A stretch of DNA of 64,000 bases from Camelus ferus (GCF_009834535.1 NC_045701.1:28582001-28646000), one strand, 5' to 3'. Positions 14,039-27,766 are shown, counted from the first letter of the stretch. A program made the numbers and translations. The notes: generated by a model from the letters alone, not told the origin.

Positions 14039-14509
14039 GTAAGTTATGGCAGTGACTTTGTGGAGAGTAGCTCTCTGTCCCCCCAACGCCCCACCGCGCC
14101 TATGAGCTGGGGGGCGTGGCCGTCTCCTTCAGGGCTTCAGTGCCGAGAGCCAAGCTCCCCCAAGAAAGCGATGGTGAAAGGGGAGAGCAATTTAGATCAT
14201 GTGTGTGTTCCTCCTGCCAGGGTTTATATAAGGTCCTCCAATGAACAGGAAGGTAAATAAGATAAATCCTATGTAGAAAGTTACTTTAATAATTATAAAA
14301 AGTATTACATCCTCGTTATAAAAAAAATTTGAAAGATACAGTTATAAAGAAGACATTTAATATCATCCATTGTCCCAATACTAAGCACTATAATCTCTAC
14401 TAATAGTTTGGCATGTTTTCAAGTCTTTTATATTACAGCTATATGTATTTTTTAATTGGCATCGCACTAAATGTGAAGTTTTATGTCTTGATTATTTTTC
14501 ATTCAGCAG

Positions 14510-14545
14510 TAAGTACTAAGTTATTAAGTACTGAGTTATTAAGTA
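14510..14545. repeat. 15-bp tandem duplication TAAGTACTRAGTTAT, about 2.4 copies
   Basis: taagtactaagttat taagtactgagttat taagta read directly. Confidence 0.85.
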
Positions 14546-14801
14546 TCCTCCTCAAAATGATTTTTATGGCTATAGAATAAATAAATTTGACTGTCCCATA
14601 ATAGAACCATTACTTTGTGTTAAGACTTTCATGCTGATTTCATTTTTATTGTTATAAATGATTATAAACACCCTTGAACATAACTCTTTGTCTGTATTTC
14701 TGTTTGGTTCCTCCTAGCAGGAGGTCAAAAGGTGTAATCTTTTTAAAGCCCAAATTTATAAAATCACATGACCAAATAGATTCTCAGGAAGATTGTGTGA
14801 A

Positions 14802-15153
14802 CAGTTCAAAATTCACTATCAACAATTCTGAAATCTAAAAAGCTCTGAAAACCATACATTTTTTTCATAACTCATTTCACCAGAAAACCTGACCTGAAGT
14901 CATTTTTGTGGCAAAAACTCATCAACAGAAATGAGGCTGTTTTCGGTCTTTGGTTTATGCCACTTCTTGTGACTATTTATATGTGTAACTGCAGAAATGT
15001 CAATGTGTTTGATTGTGGGGTACAGCCTCCCACCTAACTGGAGGTTCTGTTTAATATATACTTTCTGTCGTGCCTTCTGCCTTCTTTAAAATCTAAAGAA
15101 TTCTGAAGTCTGAAACACAACTGCAAAAATTTCAGATACAAGATTTGGGCATG
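14802..15153. mobile_element. Probable non-autonomous TcMar/Tigger-like DNA element
   Basis: Degenerate terminal inverted repeats (cagttcaaaattcactatc / gatacaagatttgggcatg) with internal ttctgaaatctaaaaagctctgaaaacc and ttctgaagtctgaaacac. Subfamily not assigned. Confidence 0.4.
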
Positions 15154-15350
15154 TAGTATCATTTAAAGTAACAGATAGGATTACCCAACTGATTGGATCC
15201 TCATTAACTTTTACTGTTATTTTTAATCTTTGCCAGTTTGAGAAAATTGTATCTTAAAGTTTTAACTTCCTATTTGTTTGATTACTGATATGGTTAAACA
15301 TTTTTTATGCTTCTTGTTCTTATATATTATTTCAACCGAATTTTCTTTTT

Positions 15351-15960
15351 AACATTTTTTATTGAGTTATAATCATTTTACAGTGTTGTGTCAAATTCCA
15401 GTGTAGAGCACAATTTTTCAGTTATACATGAACATATATATATTCATGGTCACATTTTTTTCACTGTGAGCTACCATAAGATCTTGTATATATTTCCCTG
15501 TGCTATACAGTATAATCTTGTTGATCTATTCTACATTTTGAAATCCCAGTCTGTCCCTTCCCACCCTCTGCCCTCTTGGCAACCACAAGTTTGTAGTCTA
15601 TGTCTACGAGTCTGTTTCTGTTTTGTGTTTCTGTTTTGGGGTTTTTTTAGATTCCACATATGAGCAATCTCATGTGGTATTTTTCTTTCTCTTTCTGGCT
15701 TACTTCACTTAGAATGACATTCTCGAGGAACATCCATGTTGTTGCAAATNNNNNNNNNNNNNNNNNNNNNNNNNNNNNNNNNNNNNNNNNNNNNNNNNNN
15801 NNNNNNNNNNNNNNNNNNNNNNNNNNNNNNNNNNNNNNNNNNNNNNNNNNNNNNNNNNNNNNNNNNNNNNNNNNNNNNNNNNNNNNNNNNNNNNNNNNNN
15901 NNNNNTTTTGAAGTAGGGTTCCTTCTGAATATATGCCCAGGAGCAGGATTCCAGGGTCAT
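15351..15960 (-). mobile_element. 5'-truncated L1 3' end (ORF2 C-terminus plus 3' UTR), camelid-like
   Basis: Minus-strand FATTWMFLENVILSEVSQKEKEKYHM is an L1 ORF2 tail. Imperfect TSD cgaattttcttttt (15337) / cgattttttttttt (15961). Confidence 0.88.
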
Positions 15961-18900
15961 CGATTTTTTTTTTTAGTTTTGTGTTTTCCACCTTTCTGGT
16001 CTTAATTTTGGGGGGCCATATTTTTATATATTAAGGTTGCTAACCTTTTGTCTTATTGACTTCAGTTTTTCCCCAGTTTGTGATTTACCTTTTTACACTT
16101 AGGTTTTTTGGGGGGCCCCAGGGGAGGGTTTGGTTTACTTTTTCTCTTTTACAAAAGCAGTGGAAGTTTAAAAAAAAAATCCCAAAAGCTCATAATCGTC
16201 CCACCCGGAGGTAGCCGTATTACCTTTTTACTTAAACATTCCAATAATTTTACTTTAAATTGGGCTTGTACTGTGCATGCTGTTTCTCTACATACTATTG
16301 CTAACTATTGTGTTCATTGCTCTGCCCCTTTCCCTGTACCAGCTGGATGTTGCATTAATTATTTTAGTCTGACGATACATTTTAACATTTGTAAGGCACT
16401 ATATGTTATATAATGTATTATAACTCTCATTATAACACATTATAATATTTTTATCCCAGGAGTTCTAACTCTTTTGTCCCCAAATTGTCTCACATGTTGC
16501 ATGATGATTTTTAATCATTAACTCATCTATCCAGTCGCTCTCAGAGTAAAGAGATAGGATGTTTGAATGTGTACATTTCTTGTTGTTGTTGGGGATTCTT
16601 GGAAATCTTCTCTTGGCAGAGATTGCAGCTAGAAGGTGAAGAAACAGGGGGCTGACAAGTATTCATATGTCGAAGATGTTTCTAGTAGCTTGTGTCCAGG
16701 TCAGAGGATCCTGAATCCTTCTCAGTGCACAGGAGAAAGAGAAGCAAAGTTTGATGATGAGAAAAATGAGATGTCTAACCCATCTGTAAGGCGCAACCAC
16801 TGCGAGAATTTGAGGAGTAGGGGTCCACATGTGTTGACTTGAAAAGTTAATACCTTAGGTGTAAAAACTTCTTGCTTATTATAGCAGTTGAGTGAGTGGT
16901 AAGCTGAAGAGTGGTATCAGGGGGCTTGACTTCTCTTAAAGCCTCCTCTCTACCAGGAAGCTATCACCTGTGATATATTCCTGTCTTTGGTTCTCAAAGC
17001 ATGATATGGTCGAGAGATGGAATTGCAGGTGTCTGCATACTTGAGAAGTGCATTTACTGAGGTATGCCCCGTCCGTCACATGATGTCTTTTGTCATGGTC
17101 AGTGCTGGTCCTGTACTGGAGTAGACAGTTGGTTTATTTTTGCTTATGACAAATGGGATCGGTGTACTGATACTTTTACACCAGCTGGTAAAATACAGTT
17201 TGGTGTTGAAATCCAGCACCTCCTCTCTCTACTTCTTTGGTTCAGTTGTGCAAAAAGCTAGAAAGAGAAAGCAAGATATTAATTCCAAGTTAATTAAAAT
17301 ATATTATTGAAAATAAATGTCTTTAATAACAAAATTGAAAAGGAATTATTGTTTTTACCCAATATAGTAGAACACTTGCCTCGTTCTGTAGTACCTCTCC
17401 TGGCAAGGTGCAAGCTTACGCCTATCTAGAGAGAGAGTCTTCTCCCATCATGGAAGCATTCAGAATCGTTTCTCATCTTCATCTTTACCTTCTTTGTAGC
17501 CTCTAAATTAGATTTCTCTCTCACAGTCCCATTTCCTCCTCTTTAATGGTCTTCGCTGAGGTCATCGTCTTGAATTTGTGACCCCACAATTACTTTCGTA
17601 ATTACAAGCTATGTTGTTAATAATACCTGATTAGGATGTTCCTGGCAGCAGGCATTGGAGAGCAAAAATCTTTTTCAATTAGATTTACCCACCGTGAAGT
17701 CAAAAGTAGCATGAGTGATTACTAACAAAATCCACAAATCAGTATGTGCTCTCGTTTCTATTATGAATGTGCCGCGTTAGTTTCTTTCTCAGTGAGCGTG
17801 GATGTTTGTGGACGGTATTATCAGTGCGGCAGGCTCACGATGTCACACCCCTGTTCGTTCTGGGACAGAATTTGGGATGAGGCATGTGGACCTTGGAGCC
17901 CCCCCAAAAGGTTGAGTGACTTAGATCCCAGAAAGCTCTTATTAAAAGGTATTCTGACCCTGCCAGATAGCATTGCGGCGTGTACCACATGGAGAACGTT
18001 ACACAGAAGCCGCAGCGCAGAGTGAAATTCGGGTGCTCCTTTTAGTTTGCCAGAAAATGGATGAGTTAGTCACTGTGGGAGAATGTATTTTATAGCTCTA
18101 GTTAAATTCCCCATAGATCTACTTAATCGTCTTCCATAACGCTTTGACCCGCCCTTTCTAATTTATAAAAACAGCATCCAAAGATGGTTGGTATTTGCGG
18201 CTGCTGTTTGTTTTCTGTTGGTATCCACCAGGCTTGGCTAAAATTCAGGTAACCAGTAGCTTAGCTATTTCCAGGGTTGTGTGGTCAATGCTGTGGAAAT
18301 TATTGCTGAGATAAATATACTTCTGGGGAGAACATGATGAGCGCTGGCTGGATTGCCCTGGGCTGTCATCAAACACTGGCCAGAAAGAAATATGAATGTG
18401 GGAACATACATAACTTAGCTTGTTCTCCTGTCTTAGGGATACGGACTAAAGATGCAATTATGAATCATGACTTATAAGTTGAATTCAGGTCAGCAGAAGC
18501 TTGCTAATTCTTTCTCCTCTTAACAACAGCCTGTATCCTTTTCTTCTTTGGAACATTATCCCAGCTCCTGGGAGGGATCCTTATTGAATATTGAGACATC
18601 GAGTAAGACTAAAATGACTTCACTGTTTGCTAGGACACTGTGAATAAGGAAACTTAATCATCCTCTCTGAGCCCAGCAAAGCTTTGTCTCAATTTTCAGT
18701 GTATTTTATTCCTGGGTCAGTCTCTCAAATTGGGGGATTTGCAATAGGTGTTCTTGTCCTCTGCAAATTTGGCAGGCAAAAATGCACAAATCTTTAAAAG
18801 ATGAAATTGAAACTGCTAGCAGGGGATTTTCAATGCAGTTTTCTCTGTTTTTAAAATTAGTCAAGTAAATAAAAAATTCCTCTACACATCCCCAAACTTC

Positions 18901-21619
18901 ACTCCTCCCAGCGGCTGTTACTGAAGCTACTGCTTCTCTCTGAAGTAGAGAAATCTAAGGACACAATCACTTACTGTAATCACTTTCAGAAGAAAAAAAA
19001 AAAAAAAACTTTGAGAGCTGATGGAATGTCTGAGTTATAGGAAGAACCCCAGAAGATGATACAAGTGCTTTAGTAGAAGAGATTACATTGATTAATGAAA
19101 TTGATTTTTTTTAAACCCATTAATATAGAGAAAAAAATCTGAGAATAAAGAACAAATTTTAATGAATTCCACTCTTAAATTATCTTTTTATTTTAAATTG
19201 AACACTTTTGGTGATGCTGGGAGAGTCAGTGGAACTCAAAGAGCAGAGAAGAACACACTTAGAGAAGAGAGATTTACTTTCCAATTGGAAATTTCTCATT
19301 GATGAGTGAGGCAACGGATTTAAAAGATAACATGAAGTGCCAGATCACAGGTTTACTGGGAGAAGTAGGCTACATAGGTGTCACTTTGTTGTTTCTCTTT
19401 CCACCCCTTCAAATCCAGTGCTCTGGGCTCCTGGATAAGTTCTTGGGCAGGTCCTGTCACTATTACTACTCCTTTTAAGAACAAGAAGTGTCTTGCCAAT
19501 ACTTTAAAGGTTCCATTCATTTGAATAGTATAAAAGCCCTAGATTTGTTTCCAACTCATGTCTGAGTCCTGCCTGACTGCCCCTGCAGTTTGAGGTCAGG
19601 CTCCAGCCCCTGTCTCAGGCCCTTCTAGGGTCGAGCCCAGAGCCAAGATGACTGGGCGATGGGCACGTCTGATGGACTGGGTGCAGCTGCCTCAGGCCTT
19701 TGGTAGCAGTTACACAATCCCTGCAGATTTCTCTTCTGGGGCCCTTTTGGAGCTTTCTTGGAGAGCCCCAGGCTGGAAGCATCAGACTTCAGTTCTCTGG
19801 ACATGGCTTGACCACCTGTGCTGGCTGCTCCCTTCTGGGAGACCCCGAACACCTCCCTCCAAATTCCCCTCCCTCACCACCTGCAGGGACCTCCCCCCTC
19901 CCCCAGCCCCTCGGTTTCTGATTCCTGCTCAGTTGTTTGCCTGTCTGTGCAGAATTCCTTTCTAGGTGGCTTTTTTTTCTGCTCTGTGCTACCACTAGTC
20001 CAACATGTCCGTCACTAAATTCCAGGGGACATGTGCAAGCTTCTGAGTGGCTCCTTAAAGCTTTCACTTGACTCCCAGTGGGAAAGAACTCCCAGCCCTT
20101 TCTCCCTGTCGGGTTTTCTCCGAACGACTTCTTTACCTTTCTTATCCACGTGGAGGTGGGTGGCAGGTGAGAGCTGTGCCGCGTTCACAGTTATCTGATG
20201 GAGCCTCAAGTTGGTCCAGCACGTCACTTTAGGATGTGTAAGTACTGGCATCCTCTGAATTACCTGCCTTTGGGACCTCTGCTAAAACTGAGACAGTGGG
20301 GATCCCATTTTAATATCCTCCATTAAAGCGGGTTTGGGGTATTTCATTTCTTTCTATTGATTGTTCCCTGTGTCTTAGCCCTAGTTATTTCCTTTGACCT
20401 GGTCAGTCTGGATTCCCGAGAAGGTTTATGAGAAGGACTGCTAGTACTGGTGGGGGTTTGTTGGAGCCCTTCCCACGGGCTCTGGGCAGCGAGGGAAGGA
20501 GCCTGATGCCGGCTCCTCTCCCATTCCACCTGCTGGGGAGCAGGACTCCTGTCTAGCAGGGCTCAGGAAGCAACCCCGAACCATTCCTTCGACCCACTGA
20601 AGCACAGCATAACGGTGTGTGGAGACAAACACTTCAGTAAGCAGTGAATACTGATTTCTGGCTATGTTAATTTTTCATTTCATAGTTTTTGGGGCCATTC
20701 GAGGAGATAAGGTTCATAACCAAATTATCATTCTCCTTTTAATAACTGAATGTAAAAGCAGCACTGTTCTTCAGTGCGATGCAGATTTCCAGCTTTCTTG
20801 ATCTGTTATCTATCCAGATGACAACAGCAGATCCTCAAACATAAGAGAAATGTTCAAACTAAACAAATGGCAAGAAAGCTTGTGAATAATTAAGTCCATC
20901 TCGACATCCTCATGCGAGATCATTTACTGGGTCTTGGAATCCGTCCCCTAGTGAGGAGCAGAGAATGCACTGGCTGCACAAGCCCCCGGCGTTCAGCAGT
21001 TCGCAGGAAGGGTGAGCCCGGAGAGGAGACGGGCAGAACTTCCCACTCTAATTCTTAGCTCAGAACAACTTAGTTTTCATCTCATCATTTCAGCGTGTCA
21101 GTAACACAATCTGTTATCTTGCCATTGAATTTTGTAAAGTTCTCAACAAATTTAAGGGTTAATCATTATTTCCTGAAGGTTCACTAAATTAGTAACATTG
21201 CAGACTAATGACTCAGTTTTGTTCTAATGCTGTTTTCATATTCTTAATACACAGAGCTCATGCCCTATTATGTAACATTTAATGTAGGAACATTCACAAG
21301 GGACAATTGTGGTTCCAGCCGTGGATCACTGTTGTTGAGTATTTTAAAATGGGAAAGTGGGAGTATTATTTCTATAATTAATTTTAAAACAGCATTTTAT
21401 AAAATGCTCTTTGGATAAAGAATTTGTTTATATTGGGAAGGGGGAAAAAAAACTCAGGGGTTTTTATTTTCTAGTTTTATCATTAGGCTATTTCCCCAGT
21501 CACGGTTGCTCAGCCAACACTGAGACTCTCCTGCAAAGCTGCCCCACCAGAATGTTTCAGTTAAAGGAAGGGAGACCTAGCAGAAAGCATTGCTGTGGGA
21601 GCTTGGCTAGATTATAACC

Positions 21620-22325
21620 TTCCGCATATACCTCACTCCCCTCCACACAGGTCCACTCCATCACCAATTCCTTATCATCCTAATTCCAAAACAAAGTTGG
21701 AGTCTAGCTGCTTCTTTCCAGCTTGGCCTTCCTCACCATGTGTGACACCCACCCTCATCTCCCACTGGGGCTAGATTGGTGTCAGCTGTCTCCAAGTGCC
21801 TCCTCATTGCTTCCCAGACCTGTCTACAGAGAGCAGAGAGAAGAATCTTGTATTTCTTCTCCTTAAGTCCCTCAGAAGCTCCTCATCTGGAAGAAAACCC
21901 CAACTCACAGACCCTGCCTGATCTAGCCCTGCCCCCTCCCACTTCATCTCCTGTGTTTCTCAACCCCCTCACCCTCCACCCAAGCTCTTCCCTACCTCGG
22001 GGCCTTTGCACGTGCTGTTCCTCTGCCTGGAATGCTCTTCCTGCAGATTTTGAACTCATTGGCTCCTCCTCTTCCCTCCGGGTTAACAAAAATGTTTCCC
22101 CCTCAGAGAAGCCTTCCTTGACTCCAGTCTAGGACCTCCTCCCTCCCCGAGTTGTTTCAGTCTCCCTCTTTACTCCCTCATGCAATGTCTCCAAATCAGT
22201 AATTAAGTCTGTTTGTCTAGTTGGATGTCTGCTCTGAGCCAGGGACACTGGATTCTTTGTTCATTGCCGAGCCCCAGCGCGGAGAGCTGTGAGAGTCATA
22301 TGGGCTCATTTAGCAGTTGTTAAGC
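21620..22325 (+). mobile_element. L2 fragment
   Basis: ggcctttgcacgtgctgttcctctgcctggaatgctcttcc and cctcagagaagccttccttgact are L2 signatures. Confidence 0.75.
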
Positions 22326-23497
22326 AGAGGGAAAGAGGGATGTAGGGAATGTGTGCAGATGCTGTGTGTATGGATGGATTTTTCCTGTGTGAAACCTTTG
22401 TTGACCCTGCAGGGCAGCGTATCTTGCCATGTTTTAATTATTTAAAACTACAGTCATAGTTTTTCATCAACTTAAAGCGGTTGCAGTTGATTTGCAAAAG
22501 CTATCTGTCTAGTCACAAAACCTACGAGCCTGTGAAGTACCATGTTGACAGTTCGCTTTGCCCTTCCTCTTGCAGAGGAGCTTTGGGTTCTAACCCCAAC
22601 CCTAATTTAACAACATATATGGAGCTGAAATTTAGCCAGAACAAAATTAAAATATTGAAAGACTTCAGTGTGTTGGCAATTAGTGCCTGCCGTCGCTGTG
22701 AGCCCTCAAGCACCCTTCCCTTTTCCTTGGGAGGTCCCTGTGGACACTGCTGGAGTGGGCCAAGGCATCAGGCCTGGATGCAGGCAAGATGGTGGTGCCC
22801 CAGGAAGGCACTGGGACCGCTGTGAGCAGACACATAAAGCCTCTTTGGCCCCGCCATGGCTCTGATGCTCCCTCAGAGTCGCCCTCGTGTGGCTGCTTTG
22901 GGGAACTGCAGCCTCTGCAGTGTGTCACTTCTGTTCATGTCTCCTGGCACGTGCATTTCTGTTTAATACTCTGAGTTACTTAATCTATTACCTGCACCTT
23001 AAAATAAGAATTTCCTATTTTCCCCAAATATTTATATCATGTTCTCTGATGTTGTTGTGTGAGTGCTCTCTCTCAAGTAAAAAGCCTTGAAGTTCTTAAG
23101 CTACAATTTCAATGTGAGCTTTTTAGAGAATGATTTCGCCATCATTATCACTGTTACTCTTTTCAAAGTCTAGTAATGATATCAGTAGTAGTGATTTCCC
23201 TACTAGAGTAAGGGTAAGCTTGTTTTTTTAAATCTAGTGGTATTAATATACAAGTTAATTTTTAAGAACTTAGCTCACAGCGTCAGTTGAGGACCTTGGG
23301 GATCATGAACCGACATAATTGGTTCTCTCTCCACTGCTTTGTCACATACTTTAGGGTGTTTGCTGTCATGAATCTGAAATCATTCATTTCCCAACAAAAT
23401 AATTTGGGTGGGGGGAGCTGATCTTTAACTTTCACTTTTTGGGGCTGGGGATATTTTTTTTTTTAACCACTCTCTTCCTGGTCTCTCCAAATAACAG

Positions 23498-23714
23498 AGT
23501 ACGTTTCCTGATGGGTGGACGTCATGGAGAATTTAAGTTTCTGCCTCCCTCCGGCTATGCCCCTTGCTATGAAGCCTTACTTCCAAAAGAAAAGATGAGA
23601 TTGGAGCCTGTCAAAGAGTATAAACGAGATGCCGAAGGCGTCAGAGATCTGTTGGGTACCACCCAGTTTCTGTCCCAAGCCTCTTTCATCCCGTGCCCCA
23701 TAGACACCAGCCAG
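23498..23714 (+). CDS. RYR3: RYR3 exon (VRFLMGGRHGEFKFLPP...PCPIDTSQ), SPRY1 end and linker
   Basis: aacag|A acceptor, CAG|gtaggt donor; 217 nt, phase 2 to 0. Confidence 0.97.
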
Positions 23715-23899
23715 GTAGGTTCAGGCTGCCCACCGGAGGCAGCCCACTGAGACGAAGCAACGGGGTTAAATCCCCCTTCTTGCTGTGTTGTCTTTGAACC
23801 ACCCTTGTCGTGTGTGCTGTAGAGTTGTCGTGTAATGTGAACAACTGCTGTTCTTCACGTTTCCATCGTATGCAAAGATGGCGCTCTCTAAGGATTTCC

Positions 23900-24130
23900 C
23901 AACCAGTGAGCAGGTTGAGCACTTGCTACGTGCAAGGCGTTGAACTCGGATCGGTGGGGCATAGTATTCCAGTATTCTCTGAAATTCACAACCAAGTTGG
24001 AGAGATAAGAAGCAAATGTATTATTTTTTTAAAGTTCGAGTATAACGTGGAGGATGATCAGCATGTACGAGGAAATGCTAGAGACGTGCTTTAGGCGAGA
24101 ATGTCTCTGAAAGTCTGTGTAGAGAGGATG
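23900..24130 (-). mobile_element. L2 3' fragment
   Basis: gttgagcacttgctacgtgcaaggc is an antisense L2 terminus. Confidence 0.55.
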
Positions 24131-26429
24131 GAATTCAGTCAGGACCTTTAATAAGCTTAAATGGGCAGGGGCACCTGGGGAGAAGTAACAGGAATGAGGT
24201 AACTAAGGACAGACAGGTGGCGATGAATATTGTCCTGTGGCTGGATGGCTGAAGGAGGAGCAGGGAGGAGAAGGCTGGGAAGTACAACTGAGAGAAACGG
24301 GCGAGCACGGAGGGCTTTGAAGGTGCTGATAAACAGACATTTTCTTTCCTTTTCCGGGGTCTCTGTTTTTTGAAAGACAGGTTCACATGGTAACAACAAG
24401 AGGCATACGACGGCTTTTCAGTGTCTCTGCCGCACCTTGTCTCTGAGGCACTTGGGTTAATGGTTGGTAGGAAAATGGCTCTTCTAACCTGTAGACGGTC
24501 CCCAGCGTGTATTTTCCCAGAATGTAGGTAGGACCCTGTTGCATTTAGCGGTGTGTGCATGGGCATGCGTCTGCCTCTTCCCTCCTGTAGCGAATGACTG
24601 TGAATTCCCACAGACTGCGGATCCCCGTGGCGCCCTGCCTGCTTCGCCGAGCCCGGGACAGCGCCGGGAAAGCAGTTGAGAATGTTGATAGGAAACGGGG
24701 GAGGAGTTTGTGAGCCAGAGGTGATCCTGGGATTCAGACTGTCTGCTTGCTGTGTGTTCTAGACAAGAAGCTTGAGGGCCGAAGAACTAAATGAGCTTTT
24801 CTGTGGACACAGGGCGGCTAGTGCCCCAGCAGGGAGAGTGTGCCCCAGGGTGTGATTCCTACTTCTCTCTGCTGCCCTCCTCACCCAGTAGTCGGAGCCC
24901 TGTGTGTGACTCAGAAAAGGCTTCCTGGGGGAAGCGAGCCTCAAAGAGAGTTTGAAAGAATGAGGGCAGGTTTTGTTGAGGGAGGAAAGGGCTGGGGTAT
25001 TTCACTAGAGTGAAAGGAGTTCCTAAAGACACAGAATTGAAGGTTTGGGAATCACGGAGTGGAGGTAAACAAACAAGCCAGCAGAACTCTGATGTCTGGA
25101 CCCGAAGCTGAATTTGTACAGACCCCAGAAGGAGGGAAACATTGCTGGGAATCAAAGAATAGGGAGGTTCCCATTGGAAAGGTGCAATTTGTTCTCTTGA
25201 ATGAGACCTTGTGATTTTTTTAGAATCTATCATTCTGTGAAATTATTGTCAAAGGAGAGGTTAGATGTAAGATACCCAGAGTCAACCCCGTCCTGCCTGG
25301 GGCACAATAACCAGTTTGCATTAACCTGTCCTTTGATGCTGACGGTGTTCAGTGCCGGAAGCGCCCCCAGGCCCTTGCTGAGCACTGTGGGGAGGGAGCC
25401 CAGCTCCCAGCGGCCTTCCCTGGGGACTTCAGTCTCGGGCCCCAGGCACCCGGGATGCAGTTACCATCCTGTTACTCTGTCCCTGGTAGCCACCAGCGGA
25501 GGGCACTGGAATTGTGATGTGGGCTCATTTGTGGAGACTTCTTCCCACATCTTCCCCTTTCACTGAAGCACGTGCTTCCTCCAGGGGGAAATCCTTTTAC
25601 AGGCTGTGGCTGACTCAGGAGCTCTTAGCTTAAACAGATTCTCTGAGTGAACCAGTAAAACCCAAATCCAGTTGTCATTTGTTTGCTGTTAACTTTATCC
25701 ATTTTGCTCCTTATGAAAACATCATGCTGCTTAACTTTGACTCTTCAATAGTGAGTTGGGTTTCTTTTTTAAAGAATGCCTTTAGTTGGAAAGCAAGTCG
25801 TGATTATGATATGTGGTTTAAGTTTTCCTGGCTACTTACGGTCTCCTCATTCATTACTGACTTGGTATACATTTTCTATTAAAAAGAATTTCTCCATGAG
25901 CTCCCCCCATCAAAAATAATTGAGATTTTTGTAAATAGTGGAAACACTAATAATCATTATAATCAAGTGAGGCTTGTAGGGGCTGGGAGGTGATCAGAAG
26001 GGAAGGAGGCCAAGCACAGGCCCTCCCTCAGCAGGTGACCATTTCTTAGTCCCAGACACAAGTATGAGGCCAGTGTCAGCCATCTTCCAAGTGGTCAAAG
26101 GAAACTAGAAGTGTGGGTTTTTCTAAGAAATTTCCCATATCTTGGGAGTTGTCAACTAAGAAAGGAAATTGTAATAAAATTATTATCATTATATGATTAT
26201 TGTTGACGGTTATTATTAGAGTAGCAGTAAATTAAAGAAAATAAGAGGGTAAAAAAGAGAAACTTGGGCCTCCAGTTTGTGACCTATGTGGAGAGAGATG
26301 AGCAGAGCACCAGGAAAGCACAGAGAATCTCTCCTGGAAGGTAACTGGAGAAGAGTCCCCAAAGGTAGTGACATCTCTGCTCAGTCCAGAAGGATAAGTA
26401 CGGAAAGTGTTTGTGTTTACACCAGAGCT

Positions 26430-26836
26430 AGACAGCAGTTGAACTGGCAAAAACAGATTTTACTTAAAAGCTATTGCAATGAGGAAAAAGGAAGGTGGGG
26501 TCAGTTCTGAATTCAGTACAAACAAGAGGGGGTTTACAGCCAAGGAGCAGGTTTGGGATGGGGGTGGGAGGTGTCAGTGATGGGAAGCGACTAAGAGGAA
26601 CATCAGGGGTTGGGATGGATCCTTGCTGAAGGCAGGTCAGAGTGATCTGATGTCACCTGGGGGGGGACGGGGGCTGAAGACATTCGATCAGATGTAGAGG
26701 GTGATCAGATATCAAGGGTGGTGGATTATCGCTAAACTGATTAGCAGGATTCTTGCTAAAACCGGGTCTTGAGGACAAGGCCCAGAGGACTCAGAGGAAC
26801 CTGTCTTGAGTCTGGTCAAGGAGAGGGTCTTTGTTA
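26430..26836 (-). mobile_element. Solo ERV1 LTR, MER31-like
   Basis: The reverse complement begins TAACAAAGACCCTCTCCTTGACCAGACT and contains CACCCTTGATATCTGATCACCCTC and TTAGCAAGAATCCTGCTAATCAGTTTAG, as in the recalled MER31 consensus. Confidence 0.7.
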
Positions 26837-26929
26837 TTTGCTGTGTGACGTGGAGGGGAGACAGTATACACACATTATGTGTATCGTGGGGAGGATTAAA
26901 GAGGTTAAAGTTTGATTATGCACGAGCAC

Positions 26930-27700
26930 AGAATTGTGGAACCGTGTGACATTCTGGGGAGAATTTCAGGATTTTTGGAAAGGATGTGTTTGGGAGGACC
27001 GTGATGAGAGGACTGAAGAGTGGCACTGTGTGCTTGGTTACTACATCTAGTCTGAGTCTTAGGAGTGTCGGGGGGCACTGGGGACCCTCAAGAAGAGAGT
27101 GTTTTGCTGTGATTTTGTTGCTGTGGGCTCATCCCTCTGGCCACAGTGTGAAGAATAAGTTGATGGGGAGTTGGGCAAACTGAGTGTGGAACTCTTGCAA
27201 TGGTCTAGGTAGAAAATAATGAGGCTGAGTGATGCAGAGGAGGGAACCTTCAGAAAGACGCTTAGGAAATAAACACAGTGGGTTTTGCGACTGATTACGT
27301 GTGATGGGTGGGGATGGAGGGTGAAGGGTATAATGCCAAGAGGGAAGAGCTAAGATGACTTCCAGGCTTGAGGCAATGGTGTGGCCATTCAACAAAAGGA
27401 GAAAATAGAAGTAAGACAAGAAGAGGTTTTTGAAGGAAAATAATTCAACTTTGAATAACATATTGAGTTCACGTTGGTGGAAAAGTCCTGCAGGCAATTA
27501 GAACAGTGGGTCTGAACTTCAGGAGAGACCATGGCTGGAGACTGGTCAGGAGTGACCATCTACGGGTGGGTGAGGTCTCCCAAGGAGAGAGTGTGGAGGG
27601 AGGGTCCGGAGGAAGCCAAGAGGGTAAGGAATCTCTAGAAGCAGACCCTTCTGGGTGCTGTGTAGTGAATCCAACTGGGGCACTTGATCCATAGAGACTT
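26930..27700 (-). mobile_element. L2 fragment
   Basis: Purine-rich antisense L2 (aagatgacttccaggcttgaggcaatgg; ctgaacttcaggagagaccatggctggaga). Confidence 0.7.
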
Positions 27701-27766
27701 TATGATAAATGTCAGTACCGTTGACTCCTGGGGTTCCGTCTTCTAACTGGTTCCTCTTCCCTTTAG

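Noticed and set aside
13455-14042. 195-aa + strand ORF
   Set aside because: Only its last 64 or so codons are real RYR3 exon (13846-14038). The upstream part is GC-rich intron that is open by chance and has a clear acceptor at 13845.
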